Made by a program: the position numbers and the translations under genes. Under the pieces are notes generated by a model that worked only from the letters and a program-made list of their open reading frames with translations, ran no database searches and was not told where the DNA came from. This document shows, piece by piece, positions 37,380-50,569 of a stretch of 64,000 bases of DNA (its first letter is position 1; every line of letters starts with the position of its first letter). The stretch lies in NCBI RefSeq assembly GCF_006345805.1, contig NW_021833256.1:14627-78626 (forward strand), read 5' to 3'. This DNA comes from Octopus sinensis. Taxonomy: Eukaryota.

Positions 37380-38446
37380 ATACTCTTTTACTTGTTTCAG
37401 TCATTTGACTGTAGCCATGCTGGAGCACTGCCTTTTAGTCGAGCAAATCGACCCCAGGACATATTCTTTGTAAACCTAGTACTTATTCTATCGGCCTCTT
37501 TCGCTGAACTGCTAAGTTACGGGGACATAAACACACCAGCATCGGTTGTCAAGCAATGGTGGGAGTAAAAACACAGACACAGAAACATACACACACACAC
37601 ATATACATACATATATATATATATATATGTACGACGGGTTTCTTTCAGTTTCCGTCTACCAAATCCACTCACAAGGCTTTGGTCGGCCCGAGGCTATAGT
37701 AGAAGACACTTGCCCAAGGTGCCATGCAGTGGAACTGAAACCAGAACCATGTGGTTGGTAAGCACACAGCCACTCCTATGCCTACATGCTAATGATTCAG
37801 TCCTATATTTAAGAGATGAGGAATTATGTACATTATTGACGGATATTTGTCCTCATCTTGTTTGTTGTTAACACAATGTTTCAGCTGATGTACCCTCCAG
37901 CTTACATCAGGTGTCTTGGGGAAATTTCAAACCTGGGTTCTCATTCCTAAGGTACTTTTCGATGTTATTATTATTATTGCCAATGATTCTTTTCTACTCT
38001 AGACACAAGGCCCGAAATTTTGGGGGAGGGGGGTGGGCCAGTCGATTAGATCAAATCCCTGTGCGCAACAGGTACTTAATTTAGTGACTCTGAAAGGATG
38101 AAAGGCAAAGTTGACCTTGGCGAAATTTGAACTCAGAACATAAAGGCAGACGAAATACCCCTAAGCATTTTGCTTGGCGTGCTAATGATTCTGCCAGCTT
38201 GCCACCTTCATTTGACCAGTAACATCAAACACCAATGGACAATAAGAATGGTAATAAGAAATGACAGTGAGTAATGCAGTCCAAGGTGCAGGTGTGGCTG
38301 AGTGGTAGGAAGCCTGCTTCTCAACCACATGGTTCCGGGTTCAGTCCCACTGCATGGCACTTTAGGCAAGTGTCTTCCACTATAGCATTGGACCATCAAA
38401 AGCCTTGTACATGGACTTGATAGACAGAAACTGAAAGAAGCCTATC

Positions 38447-38512
<66 letters not shown>

Positions 38513-38730
38513 ATGTGTCTGTGTTTGTCTCCCAGCATTACTTGACAGCTGGTGTTGGTGTGTTTATATCCCCATAACTTAGTGGTTCACCAAAAGAGAC
38601 CAATAGAATAAGGATTAGGCTTGCAAAGAATACGTCCTGGGTTGATTTGTTCAACTAAAGCCCTTTTAATGCAGTGCTCCAGCATGGCTGCAGTCAAACA
38701 ACTGAAACAAGCACAAGAGCAAAAGAGTAA
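37380..38730. mobile_element. Family A copies 37380-37790 (minus) and 38290-38730 (plus), with family E and B elements between
   Basis: Module matches as above. Further family A copies: 24160-24480 (+), 27560-27770 (-), 41520-41890 (-), 43585-44010 (-). Confidence 0.75.
37797..37980 (-). mobile_element. Family E tail (head absent), with decayed hammerhead at 37870-37915
   Basis: The reverse complement aligns with 34425-34610: GACAC CTGATGT A AGCTGG-AGGGTACA-TCAGCT GAAA C ATT GTGTT. Confidence 0.7.
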
Positions 38731-38899
38731 GATACGTTTATCCAAATAAAATCTGTCATGATCACTGCTAGAACATCTTTAATTAAGAACATAACCAACC
38801 TGGGGTCAAACAACATCAGTAAGAAGAAAACCTTTGTGAGGTTCATTCGACTTGCTAGATATAGCAACCAAATTACCTTTAATCATGCTTTTAAAATCA

Positions 38900-39290
38900 C
38901 GAACACTGAAGAACCATGATTTTCAGAAGCATTTTTTTTTTTTGCTCCAAGCTCAGAAATATGAAAGCATGGAATAAACAACTCACATTTGATTGTTAGA
39001 TGTCAGGACATGGAATCCTTCAAAAACCCCATACTTCTTGTAATTCATCAACACAGTTCCTGACGAACCTATGTATTCTTTCTTCTTTTATGGCTCTTTT
39101 ACTGTTCACTTTCCAAAGGGGTTTTTTTGTGTTTCATTCTGTGTGCCATGTATGTATTCTTTTAATCTCACTGCTGTTTCTTTACTTGGCTTATTGATGC
39201 TTTCTGTCACCTCTCTTACCATTTTCTGATGTATTGTGGTGCACCTGAGCACTACATACAATAAGATTATCATTATTATCACTATTATTA
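38900..39290 (+). mobile_element. CR1/L2-type LINE 3' end, more decayed copy
   Basis: Aligns with 17340-17690 (aaagcatggaataaac...atccttcaaaaa...catacttc), ending in (ATT)n. Confidence 0.55.
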
Positions 39291-39759
39291 TTATTATTAT
39301 TCAGGTGGCGAGCTGGCAGAATCGTTAGCATGCCAGGCAAAATGCTTAGCAGTATTTCGTCTGTCGCTACATCCTGAGTTTAAATTCTACCAGTGTCAAT
39401 GTACCCTTTCATCCTTTCAGGGTTGATAAATTAAGTACTAGTGAAACACTGGGGTAGATATAATCGACTAGTCCCCTCAGGATTATTATTATCATTATTA
39501 TTATTATTATTAAGGCAGCGAGCTGGCAGAATATTTAGTACGCTGGATGAAATGCGTAGCGGTATTTCGCCCATCACTACGTTCTGAGTTCAAATTCTGC
39601 CGAAGTTGACTTTGCCTTTCGTCTTTTCAGGGTTGATAAATTAAGTACCAGTGAAACACTGAGGTCGATATAATCAACTAGTACCCTCCCCACCCAAAAT
39701 AAATTTCAGGTCTCATGCCTTTACTAGAACGAATTATTATTATTATTATTATTATTATT

Positions 39760-40318
39760 GAGTGAGAGAGCAGTGCATGCCATCAAAGTGACACTGAGGT
39801 AAAATATACGAAGCCCAGCATACCCATCATGACTACCCGTCTGATAAGGGTACACCAGGCACATGCATCACAACCATATGTGCACGACATGGTGATCTCA
39901 TATCAAGATAAACAGCGCATGACCTTGCAGGTGGAGCCCAGTTAGAATTTCATTCTGGTCAGGTAGCCCATTCTGCTCAAAAGGTCCCTGAATAAGGATT
40001 GTTTAAGGATGTTGAACAAAACACCGATATTTCCAAAGGTGAATTATCCAAACCCCAAAGAATTCCTCTCAACACATGGCTATGATGCTCCCCCACTACT
40101 TCTGCTCGTGATCAGAGATGCACATATCGTCAGCCACTAAGGGACATTCTCAACTGGTTACGGTCAAACAACTGACAAGCAAATCTGTGGTATTGAGCAG
40201 AATATTTGCTGTAGCCCATCTTTTATACCAAGACAAAACAATGTACATGATAACACTTCCAATCAGTTAAGATCAGAAGCCATGAGAGCCATTGCCTGGT
40301 ACTGCATCAGGGCATTTA
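39760..40318. mobile_element. Family D interspersed repeat, ~560-bp longer copy between (ATT)n tracts
   Basis: High identity to 27139-27566; ATT repeats on both flanks; no ORF, TIR or tRNA head seen. Confidence 0.8.
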
Positions 40319-40567
40319 TCATTATTATTATTACTATTATTATCATTGTATAGGTGGCAAGCTGGCAGAATCATTAGCACACTGGCCAAAATGTTAAGTG
40401 CATTTTGTCTGTCGTTATGTTCTGAGTTAAAATTCTGCTCAGGTCAACTTTGCCTTTCATCCTTTTGGGGTCGATGTAATGGACTAGCCCCATCCCACAA
40501 AATCTCGTGCTTTGTACCTGTAGTAGAAAGGATGATTATTATTATTATTATCATCATTATCATTACT

Positions 40568-40715
40568 ACCTCTGTCTTAGTGAAGGCAGAGGTATTGTTT
40601 TTCAGTCGTGTTTGTTTGTTTGTGTGTTTGTCTGTGGACAAGATATCTCAAGTCAAGTTTATTTCAGATATTCTCATTTTAAAAATCATCTCCAGGTAAT
40701 CGTTGAGAGGACATC
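40568..40715 (+). mobile_element. Deleted copy of the Helentron/HINE-like element
   Basis: TACCTCTGTC-ttagtgaa-GGCAGAGGTA followed by sequence matching the reverse complement of 31535-31845 with an internal deletion. Confidence 0.55.
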
Positions 40716-41216
40716 CTCCTCCTCCAAATTCCATGCCTTGTGCCTATAGTAGAAAGGATTATTATTATTGCAGAATAATAAATGTGCCAGGCAAAATGCT
40801 TAGTGACATTTCATCTGTCTCTATGTTCCGAGTTCAAATTCCACCAAGGTCGACTTTCCCTTTAATCCTTTCAGGGTTGATAAATTAAGTACCAGTGAAA
40901 CACTGGGGGTCAATTATTATTAATTAAAAAAATAAGACGGGTACATTAGATAATATGGACTATGTGTGTGTGTGTATGTGTGTGTGTGTGTCTGTCATCA
41001 TCATCATCATCATTTAATGTCCGCTTTCCATGCTAGCATGGGTTGGATGATTTGACTGAGGACTGGCGAACCAGATGGCTGCACCAGACTCCAATCTTAA
41101 TATGGCAGAGTTTCTACAGCTAGATGCCCGTCCTAACGCCAACCTCTCCGAGAGTGTAGTGGGTGCTTTTACGTGCCACCGGCACGAGGGCCAGTCAGGC
41201 GGTACTGGCAACAGCC

Positions 41217-41251
<35 letters not shown>

Positions 41252-42100
41252 CATACATACATACATACAGACAAATACACATAGTTGACAGGATGATCAC
41301 AAAGGGGTCACCTATAATCATAGATCAGGCATTAAGCAACAACAAAGGAACTATTACATGGTCAATTAATCAGCTAGATACAGCAGCCAAATTACCTTTA
41401 AATCAGAAATTGAACAAAAAAAAAAAACTAAGGACACACTGGATAACATAGTTCTCTGTGTATGAAATAAACTGCAGGAACAACAAATAATTTCTCTGAT
41501 CTTTCCAGTTATCTTTTACCTTTTTTTTTCTTGTTTCAGGCATTGGACTGTGGTCATGCTTGGGCACCACCTTGACAGGTTTAGTCAAACAAATCGACCC
41601 CAGTACTTTTTTTTTTAAAGTGTGGTGCCTATTTTATCAGTCTCTTTTGCTGCTGAACTGCTATGTTGTAGGGATATAAACAAACCAACACTGAATGTCA
41701 AGTAGTGATGGGACACACACACAACAGGCGTCTTTCAGCTTCCATCTATCAAATCCACTTGCAAGACTTTGGTTGGCCTGGGGTGGGGTGGGGTAGGGGC
41801 TACAGTAGAAGACACTTGCCCAAGGTGTCGCAGAGTGGGACTGAACCCAAGACCACATGGTTGAAAAGTAAGGTTTTTTTTAACCACGCAAGCACATTGA
41901 AATTTAATTATGCAATTTCGTTTCCGTTTTACTTTAATCTGAGGTGGTGATGGAGTGGGGAGAGGGAAGAGAAGAGAGGGGGGATGTGAAATTTACCGAA
42001 AAGAAACTACCTGCATTATTTTCTATGTGTGTGTGTGTTTACGTATTTACTTAATTTCGTTCTCACTTGTCTTCTCTTTCTCTCTCTCTCTCTCTTTCAG

Positions 42101-42235
42101 GTCGTAGTGATGATGACATCGCAGACCAAGGATTACGACTGGCTGCCAGCACGGTGACCTCATTTCTCGTACTAGCTCTGCTGCTTTTTATGGTCCATCG
42201 CCTCTGTCAACGTAGACATCTCATACAAATGAGAA
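42101..42235 (+). CDS. DGCR2: DGCR2/IDD-like membrane protein, transmembrane exon (135 nt, phase 1-1)
   Basis: Acceptor (tc)n tttcag|G and donor A|gtaagt. Translation RSDDDIADQGLRLAASTVTSFLVLALLLFMVHRLCQRRHLIQMR closely resembles the DGCR2 TM/juxtamembrane G.RL..S..SSFL.L.LLLFMVHRL.QRR. Phases match both neighbouring exons. Confidence 0.92.
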
Positions 42236-42715
42236 GTAAGTAACCAACTAACAAAAACCAAAAAAAAAACCAAAAACCAAAAGAAAAAATGAAATCAAAA
42301 ATAAGTGATTCTTTAATGTCGAAGGGTAGGTGAGGTGGCTCTGGAGGAATGAGAGGGTCGGTGGGAAACGATGAAGAGCAGGGAGTGGTCAGAATAGATT
42401 GGGGTAGGAAGATTTTGTTTCCATTTTATTTTGTTATTGTTGATAAATTTCATTGTCTTTGATGGAGATTTTTGTATTGTTGATGCTGTTGTTGTTGTTA
42501 TATTATCAGAGTGGGGGACAGAGTGTGTTGCCAGTACTTAGGTGTTTTTTTTTTGTTTCTTTGTTGTTGTTGTTTTTTGTTGTTTACACTTGTTCATATC
42601 ATACGCATCAACACGTGCATGCACACGTGTCGCTGTATATGTGTATATGCACACATACCTGCACACACACACTTGCATATATGATGGATCATTCATAAGT
42701 CTTGATGAGCATTCT

Positions 42716-42751
<36 letters not shown>

Positions 42752-43800
42752 ACCCTACCTTTATCTGTGTCTTTATCTCTCTGTATGTCTGTCTCTCTCC
42801 CTACCCCCTGTATGTATTTCTCTCTCTCTCTCCCTCCCCTTGTTCTGTATGCTTGTCCCTTATTTGTCTGCCTCTCTCTCTCTCTCTCCCCCATTCTCTG
42901 TATGTCTGTCTGTTTCATGTCTGTCCTCCCCCTCTGACCATCTTTGTCTCTGTATGCTCGTCTCTTATTTATCTCACTCTTTCTCTCTCTCTGCATATCT
43001 TTGTATATCTTTATCTCTCCATATGTCTGTCTGTCTGTCCTTTATCTGCTTTTCTCTCTCTCTGTTTTAGTCAATTATAACTTTATGACACTGATATAGT
43101 AATACACACACATACTATCTCTCTCTCTCACACACACACACTATCTCTCTCTCTCTCTCACACACACACACTCTATCTCTCACATGCACACTCTCTCTAT
43201 CTCTCTCACACACACCCACTATCTTTCTCTTCATACACACAGCACTCTATCTCTCTCACACACACGCACTCTATCTCTCACACATGCACACTCTCTCTCT
43301 GTCTCTCTCTCACACACTCACTCTATCCCTCTCTCTTACACACACATACACACAAACATACAACTCACACAAACACAAATACACATATAATGCAGGCATA
43401 GCTATATCATCATCATCATCATCATCATTTAAAGTCCTCGTTCCATGCTGGCACAGGTTGGACAGTTTGGCAGAATAATTGGGTACACTACCAGCAGTAT
43501 ATTGGATAGGTACTATCCCTTAGTTGGTTTCTCAACCTCTAAGTCACACAGAAATATATACATACATACATACATATATATATATATATGTTTATATACT
43601 CTTTTACTTGTTTCAGTCATTTGACTGCGGCCATGCTGGAGCACCGCCTTTAATTGAGCAACTCGACCCCGGGTCTTATTCTTTTGTAAGCCCAGTACGT
43701 ATTCTATCGAACTGCTAAGTAACGGGGACATAAACACACCAGCATCAGTTGTCAAGTGACGTTGGGAGGGGACAAACACAGACACACATACATATATATA

Positions 43801-43862
<62 letters not shown>

Positions 43863-45320
43863 CGACGGGCTTCTTTCAGTTTCCGTCTACCAAATCCACT
43901 CACAAGGCTTTGGTCGGCCCGAGGCTATAGTAGAAGACACTTGCCCAGGTGCCACGCAGTGGGACTGAACCCGGAACCATGTGATTGGTAAACAAGCTAC
44001 TTACCACATAGCCACTCCTGCGCCTATATATATATATATATAATATATATATATATTTTTACTGGATGTACGATGTACATTTGGAAATTTCTTAATGTAT
44101 GTAGAATTCATATAAAAATCTATAAAACAAGAAGCAATGAACAGACTCAAAGCTCCCTCTTCAGAAGAAAAGAACAGTCTAGAAAAGTAATTCCTGTTAT
44201 ATAGGATCCGTTAATCCAATCAAACTCTCCAGCTTTTATGTAACAGCAGCAGTCACTCTCCAAGCATAGGTGTAATTGATGTCCCACGCATTGGTGTAAA
44301 CAACAGCAAACACCCTGCTGTTGCTATAAGATGGTGTAATATCAAAAACAGTAGTGGCTGTTGATTTTCTCGTGTCGTGTCAGATGAGGTCATCCAACGA
44401 CTGCATCCGATTGAGAATACATTCTCGCACACCTAAAACGCAGCCAACCCACGAACTAACAACACACACACACACACACACACTCACCTTGTGTATGTGT
44501 GTTCGACTTTCTTTATACAGCTCAAGCTGCTTCTGATACATATTCAAATTCTTTCCCATGGCATGAAGCAGTAGAAAATGGCAGCAGATGATGTTTAAAC
44601 CATTTAGCATTTAGTCATGGTCGGCGATACAGCTCGCAGCAGACCTGGTTTGGTGTGTGGCATTGAAAAGACACAACAACGGTGAAACATCAACTCAATT
44701 GTGAGTGTTTATTGAGCAAAAACACCTAAGCTCCACGAGGCTCCGGCGGGGGTTGTGGTGAACCCCGCTGTACTCTTTCACCACAACTTTCTCTCACTCT
44801 TTCTTCCTACTTCTGCCACAAAGTAGAAGAACCATGGTGTAACCCACTATGGTGTGGTAAACTTTCAGACCCTAGTCTAGATTGCGAATCTTCTGTACCC
44901 CAGGATGGTTCGGCTCTCCACCCGTTAAAAAAGCTACCGTTTACGGAATGAGGATAACAACGTAGCTAGCCTATCATGTGTGGTGGGTGGATCTTCAAGT
45001 TGTCACACGCATTCTTAGTAGCTTAGAGTAGGCTCAAATTAGAGATTATTCTTTGTGGCTAATGGTGTGAGTCCTGATTGGAAGAAGAAGAAGAAAGAAG
45101 AAGAAGAAGAAGAAGAAGACATCAACTCACATCAGGTCCAAAAAGGGACCTGATATGAGTTGTCTTGCATACCTATGATTTTGTTTCAGGTGTTTTTAAT
45201 ACCAGGCACGCTGAGAATATATTTTCTTACACCTAAAATGCAGCCGACCCATGAACTAACAACACACACACATACACACACACACACACACACCTTGTGG
45301 ATGTATGTTTGATCTTGTTC

Positions 45321-45356
<36 letters not shown>

Positions 45357-45494
45357 ACTGATAAGGTAAATTAATTGGATTATATAATCTTTGACAAGCA
45401 ATTATGTAATCCTGCCAGTTAATTTGACAAACATGTGCCTGTTTTATAAAGCGTAAAATGCTAAGTGGGTTTTTGTATTTTGTTTATACCCCCC

Positions 45495-45567
<73 letters not shown>

Positions 45568-45943
45568 GAATCTAACGGTTTTTGTGTTTTTAAATGGCTT
45601 ATAAATACCTTCCAAGATGCAGTTGTTGTATCTATATATATATCTGTGTAGTGTGTATGTGTATGTATATATATATGTTATGCATATATGTATCACCATG
45701 CTTATCATATATTTTGTGTATATATATATATATATATTTGTAAATATACTGTAAAAATGAGGTCAATGAGTCTGGAATATTTTATAATCTGAATGATTCT
45801 TCTTTAATATTTATAATCTCATTAAAAGTGAAAGTTGAATTTCTTATTTCTTACTTAATCTCTTAATCCCTCTCTCTCTCTCTTTCTCTCTCCCCCGTCC
45901 CTTCACTCTATTTTTTATTCATTTCTTCTCTTAATTTTTGCAG

Positions 45944-48900
45944 GGTTGAATGCACCTCGAAACCACCAAGATGATGACAACGATAACAACCCTTTCTCTC
46001 AGGATGCCTTTTCAATTGGTATGCCTTGCCCACCCCCTTACGAGGGTCCCCCTCCACCGTACACATTACCGAAACCATTCACCTATATACAGCCTTGTGA
46101 GGCACCGCCCCCTTACGAAGAAGTGCAGTACCAGATGGCTGGTCATAACCCTGCCTTTTCTGACACTCTCAGCCCTACTAATCGCACAATAAACCCAAAT
46201 GATACCAGTGGCCAGGAAGCCGAGTCTAACCCGTCCATGCACGGCCTCAATTTAGAAGGTGTCAGTTGTGAGTTTCCGTCGAATGTAGACAATGACGACG
46301 ACAGCAGTCTACACGAGACTACACCGAAAACTCCGTTTGGCACCGACGAAAATCAGTTCACCTCTCCATTTACCAGGACCGGCCATTCTCCATCAATAGC
46401 ACGTCCCTTCAGTACGTTCTTCGGTTCTTGTACATCAGCTGAAATTTCTGACGGTCGTCAGGCGCGTAATTCCTGCGGAAGCATTGCGGCACGGGCTGAA
46501 CGGATCCGTTCGTGTTTGTTTCCCAGTGGAAAGGAACACCAGGACGGCATCGCTTTGGGTCTCACAAGGCAGCAAGCAGCAGCAGCAGCTATATCTCTGA
46601 GAGAAACCGGTGAAAAATCATCTGTAACAGCAGCATCAACATCAACATCAAAAGCAGATAAATTTGCACCTTGGTATATCAAGCGCTCTGAAAGTATCGA
46701 AATTCGACGAGAAAGCCACAGTCCACGTAATTCATATTGTTTTCGAAACAATTACATTCCTTCTGATACCAGTGATTCATCAGAATCTGAGCAAGAATCC
46801 GCCGATGTTTCTAGTTCTTGGCTCAAGTCTAGTAACAGCGCCGTGGGATTTTCTCTGGGAACCAATAACCAACAACCGCAACAATCAACAGCTGCTGGGT
46901 CTGCTGTTTCCTCTTTCAAACCGAGTGTTTCAAAATCTAGTGACTGCTATACTGGTTGGGAAAAACAGCCAGCACACGAGAATTTAACTGGTGATTGTGT
47001 TAACGAGTCCAAAAGCACAGCAAATGCAGAAGTTACCAAATCAGCTGTTCCTGGAAAGCCGGTTCGGATAAGTTATATTGACTCTCCAAATCAGCAATCT
47101 GTCAGTCACGGAACCAGCAGTAACAAAACCGATGTTGTCAGCGAACAAGGTGAAAAATCTAATATTTCCAAATTGAATTCAGCTAATCAGTTAGCTAACT
47201 CTTCTTTTGTTCAAAGCCATGATTTTGGTGTGACATCATCAGCTCTTCAGATTCGAAATAGTCTGCCTCCCCTGGAATTGAAACCCTTGCAACCAGACCT
47301 CCAGAAATCCGAGATGGCTACTCAGACGAGTAAAATTACTCCTCCAAGTGTCCTGTCCTTGACTTCTGGAGCCAGTGGAAGCGGCTTACTTTCTGTTGAA
47401 CATGCTGAGGATAGCTTATCAGAACGCGGTTTCCGTGACTTACATCACCCTGCAACTATACTGAGTGGCCGACTGCAGAGCCCTGGCACCCCTGTATCCT
47501 CGGGGTCATCTCCGTCGAGGAATAGCATGGGTACATTGCAAGACCGTTCCAATTCACTGACTTCAGATATCTCTTTGTTCTCAATTTGTTCGGAGACTGG
47601 TGAGAAGAAGAGACCGAAAAACAACTCCTCTTCGTGCACCTCTACTCCTTCCACTATCACCAGCAGCAACACAATCGAAGCTACACACAACGCTGGCAAC
47701 AGCCACCTTATCAAGAATGAAAACCCTTACGCTGACCCCTTTCATACAAAAACCATTAAAGATGGTGGTGATAGTGGTAACATAACGAACATGGTGAATC
47801 CGGTCACAGCTGGTGCTACTCATTTGCCAATCCAACGACACGAGCCCTTGACCACCGCGAGCTTAGTGTCCAATATTCTTAAGCGTTATTCAGACATTCC
47901 TCGACAATCAGTAGAACATGACGAAAACAGCTACTCGAAGCCTTCATCCTCAGCTCCTCCGACTTCTCTTCCTCCTTCAACATCCACGTCTTCATCACTG
48001 ATTGCCCAGCATCAACACTTCAAACCACAAAGCAGCCACATTCATACCTCTTCTGCATCCAGTTCTAGTGCTCACCATCAAGCTAACAGCCACATTCCCC
48101 ATCACTCTCACCATTCCAGTTGGAGCTGTGATCCATCAAGTATTACAACGGCTGTCAACAGCGCTACAGGCAGGCTGATCAAAAGAAGTGATTGCACATT
48201 AGCTCAATCATATCCTCGCAAATCTGAGATTCGTTCCTTGGATAATCGCAAGTCAATCGACGACATTATACGAACTATTGACATCACACCTGTTCTGCAG
48301 AGCATTGCGAAGCCTTTAGATATTCTACGAGATAGCACTCATTTAGGGTCTGCATCAGGTTCAAAAGAATTAGCCCCGACCTTTTCTTCAGGAGCTACAT
48401 CGAGGACTAACAGCTCTTCTACCACCAGCAAAACTATGACTGCAACTAACGTTACGAATTCCAGTCTCACAAACTTCAGTAAGTTTGGTCCACTTAACGC
48501 CAGCCCCAAGGACTGTCTCTCAAGCAGCTTTCCATTTACTGATAAAACCTCACCCCCACCTCCACTGCCAGTGTACCCTAAACCCAAAGCAAGTCCTGCA
48601 GACCGTAAGAAACGACATTCCCTTGGCAGTATGTCTAAAGCTAGCAAAAGATCGGGCCACAAGTCAGCAAACCATCAAGAAAACACCAACTGCAAGAGTG
48701 CCTCAACCACTTCAAGTAGTCTTTTGAACAGTATACAAAACTCTTTCAACATGTCGACTACTCAAGCTATGAAATCTTCTGACTCCTCACAGACCCACGA
48801 TAGCAATTCCCATAGTAACGCTAATAAAATATGTGAGCCTTGTTACAAGCAGTATGGTTACGTCGAGAGGCTGACCGCATCGCACAGTTGCGGCCATAAA

Positions 48901-49569
48901 AAAGAACACGGCAAAAGTGTTACGGATCACTTCAAAGACAGAAATGCTGAGAAAGAAGGTGAATCAAACAAACTGTCTCCTTCTATGATGAAATACCTAA
49001 CTGCTAGTCCCAAATCCTCCAACACAGGCCAATTATCATACCCAACAGATAATGCTCACAGCACCGTGAAGCTAAACGGTGCCGGAGCTGGTCAAAATAG
49101 TAGTTCTTCCGGCTACAAAGTTAAAAAAATGTCACATCCTAGAATTTCTCCAGATCACAAAACCAAATCTAGCTCTTCAGCTACTCATAAATCTACAAGT
49201 GGGAGCAGCTGTACTACAACTGCAAGTGTGGAAGTCCATCAACCGCCCAGCGGAGTGATACCAAAGAAGAGACACGCTCGCAGTAAAGATAAAAATCGGA
49301 AATCATACCCTGGTGCTAGCCCAGATACAACGCCAAGAGAGACCAAAATCGTTTCCAGTCCTTGGATGGCTCCATCATCATCATCTGCAAGTTCTGCAAG
49401 TCGCAAACCAGAGAAATCTCACCGCTCTAATAAGCATGGCAACTCCAGTAGTGTTGCTCTGGATTTGTCACGAAACTACACTAATGAGGGGAACTCCTCC
49501 ACAAATCAAACAAGCCGTCATGGCAACTCTGTACAGAACCACATGAGCCAGCTGTCCAGTTATGTATAG
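45944..49569 (+). CDS. DGCR2: DGCR2/IDD-like membrane protein, giant terminal exon encoding a Ser/Thr-rich cytoplasmic tail
   Basis: Acceptor ttcttctcttaatttttgcag|GG. The upstream A plus GG gives AGG(R), in frame with the supplied 1207-aa ORF 45946-49569. Contains PPPY x3 near the start, as in DGCR2 tails, and ends ...QLSSYV* (TAG 49567-49569). The three exons plus 1 upstream nt give 1343 aa. Confidence 0.9.
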
Positions 49570-50400
49570 CTGGTCGACGGTTAGGTTTTGCTATAAACTT
49601 TGGGGGAACTCACTGCTGTCTAAAAAGCAAAGGAAATTAATTTATTAAAACTGTGACTTTGTATATACATATGCATATACATCTAAACACATTTATGCAT
49701 ACATGTAAACACACAGATACATGAAAGCCATACAGATACACCCCCTCCCACGAAAAAAAGAAAAACGAATATAGGTGCCCTCTGATGAGGTTAAATCTAA
49801 CAATTTAAGGGTCACTGACCTGTTGGTTTGTTTTTGTTTTTTCTTCCTTTGATCTAGGGTTAAAAACAGAAAAATCGACACATCACAATTTGATTGGTTT
49901 TAATTTTTCTTTTACTGATCAATAATAATCTTAGACTCATTCGAAATTGTTCCCTAGAATGGTTAAATGGTGAAAATAAAAACTCAAAAAAAAGGAAAAA
50001 AAAAAAGAAATATATATATATATATAATATGGTGGCGGGGACAACAAAACAAACAAACAAACAAAGAAACTCTTCTGCAAATTCACTGGTGTATGTACTT
50101 TCATTAGTTGTGTGTATGTATGGATGTGACTGGCTGCATTCTTCACTACCTGTTGACATATTATATATATATAGAGAGAAACAACACACACACACAAACA
50201 CACACACGAGCTGTATACATGACAGGATTCAGTGCCATCTATCTATCTTTCTATCTATTGTCTTTGACTATTGCTAAAATATTACACTTGTTTATCACCT
50301 TGAAAAAAACAAAATCTCATTTTCTCTTTTTTTTTTTAATCATTTTTTTTTAAATGAATGTCTTAATTGATTTGACATCAAATGGGGAAAAAAACACAAG
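49570..50400 (+). other. Probable 3' UTR of the DGCR2-like gene (end uncertain)
   Basis: Unique AT-rich sequence after the stop codon; AATAAA at 49975-49980; SINE arrays begin near 50570. Confidence 0.45.
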
Positions 50401-50569
50401 GAAACAAGAAGAATAAGCAACAATATGTTTGTGTATTTTTTGGTAATGTCTTTCTCTCTTTCTTCTCTTCCTTTAAAACAAATAACAAAATCTATATCTT
50501 TTTCCATCATTCTTCTCATCATCATCATTCTTCTTTTTATTATTATTATTATCATTATTATTATTATTA

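Noticed and set aside
45950-49546. Alternative-frame and antisense ORFs within the terminal exon
   Set aside because: Short shadows of the main 1207-codon frame with no independent features.
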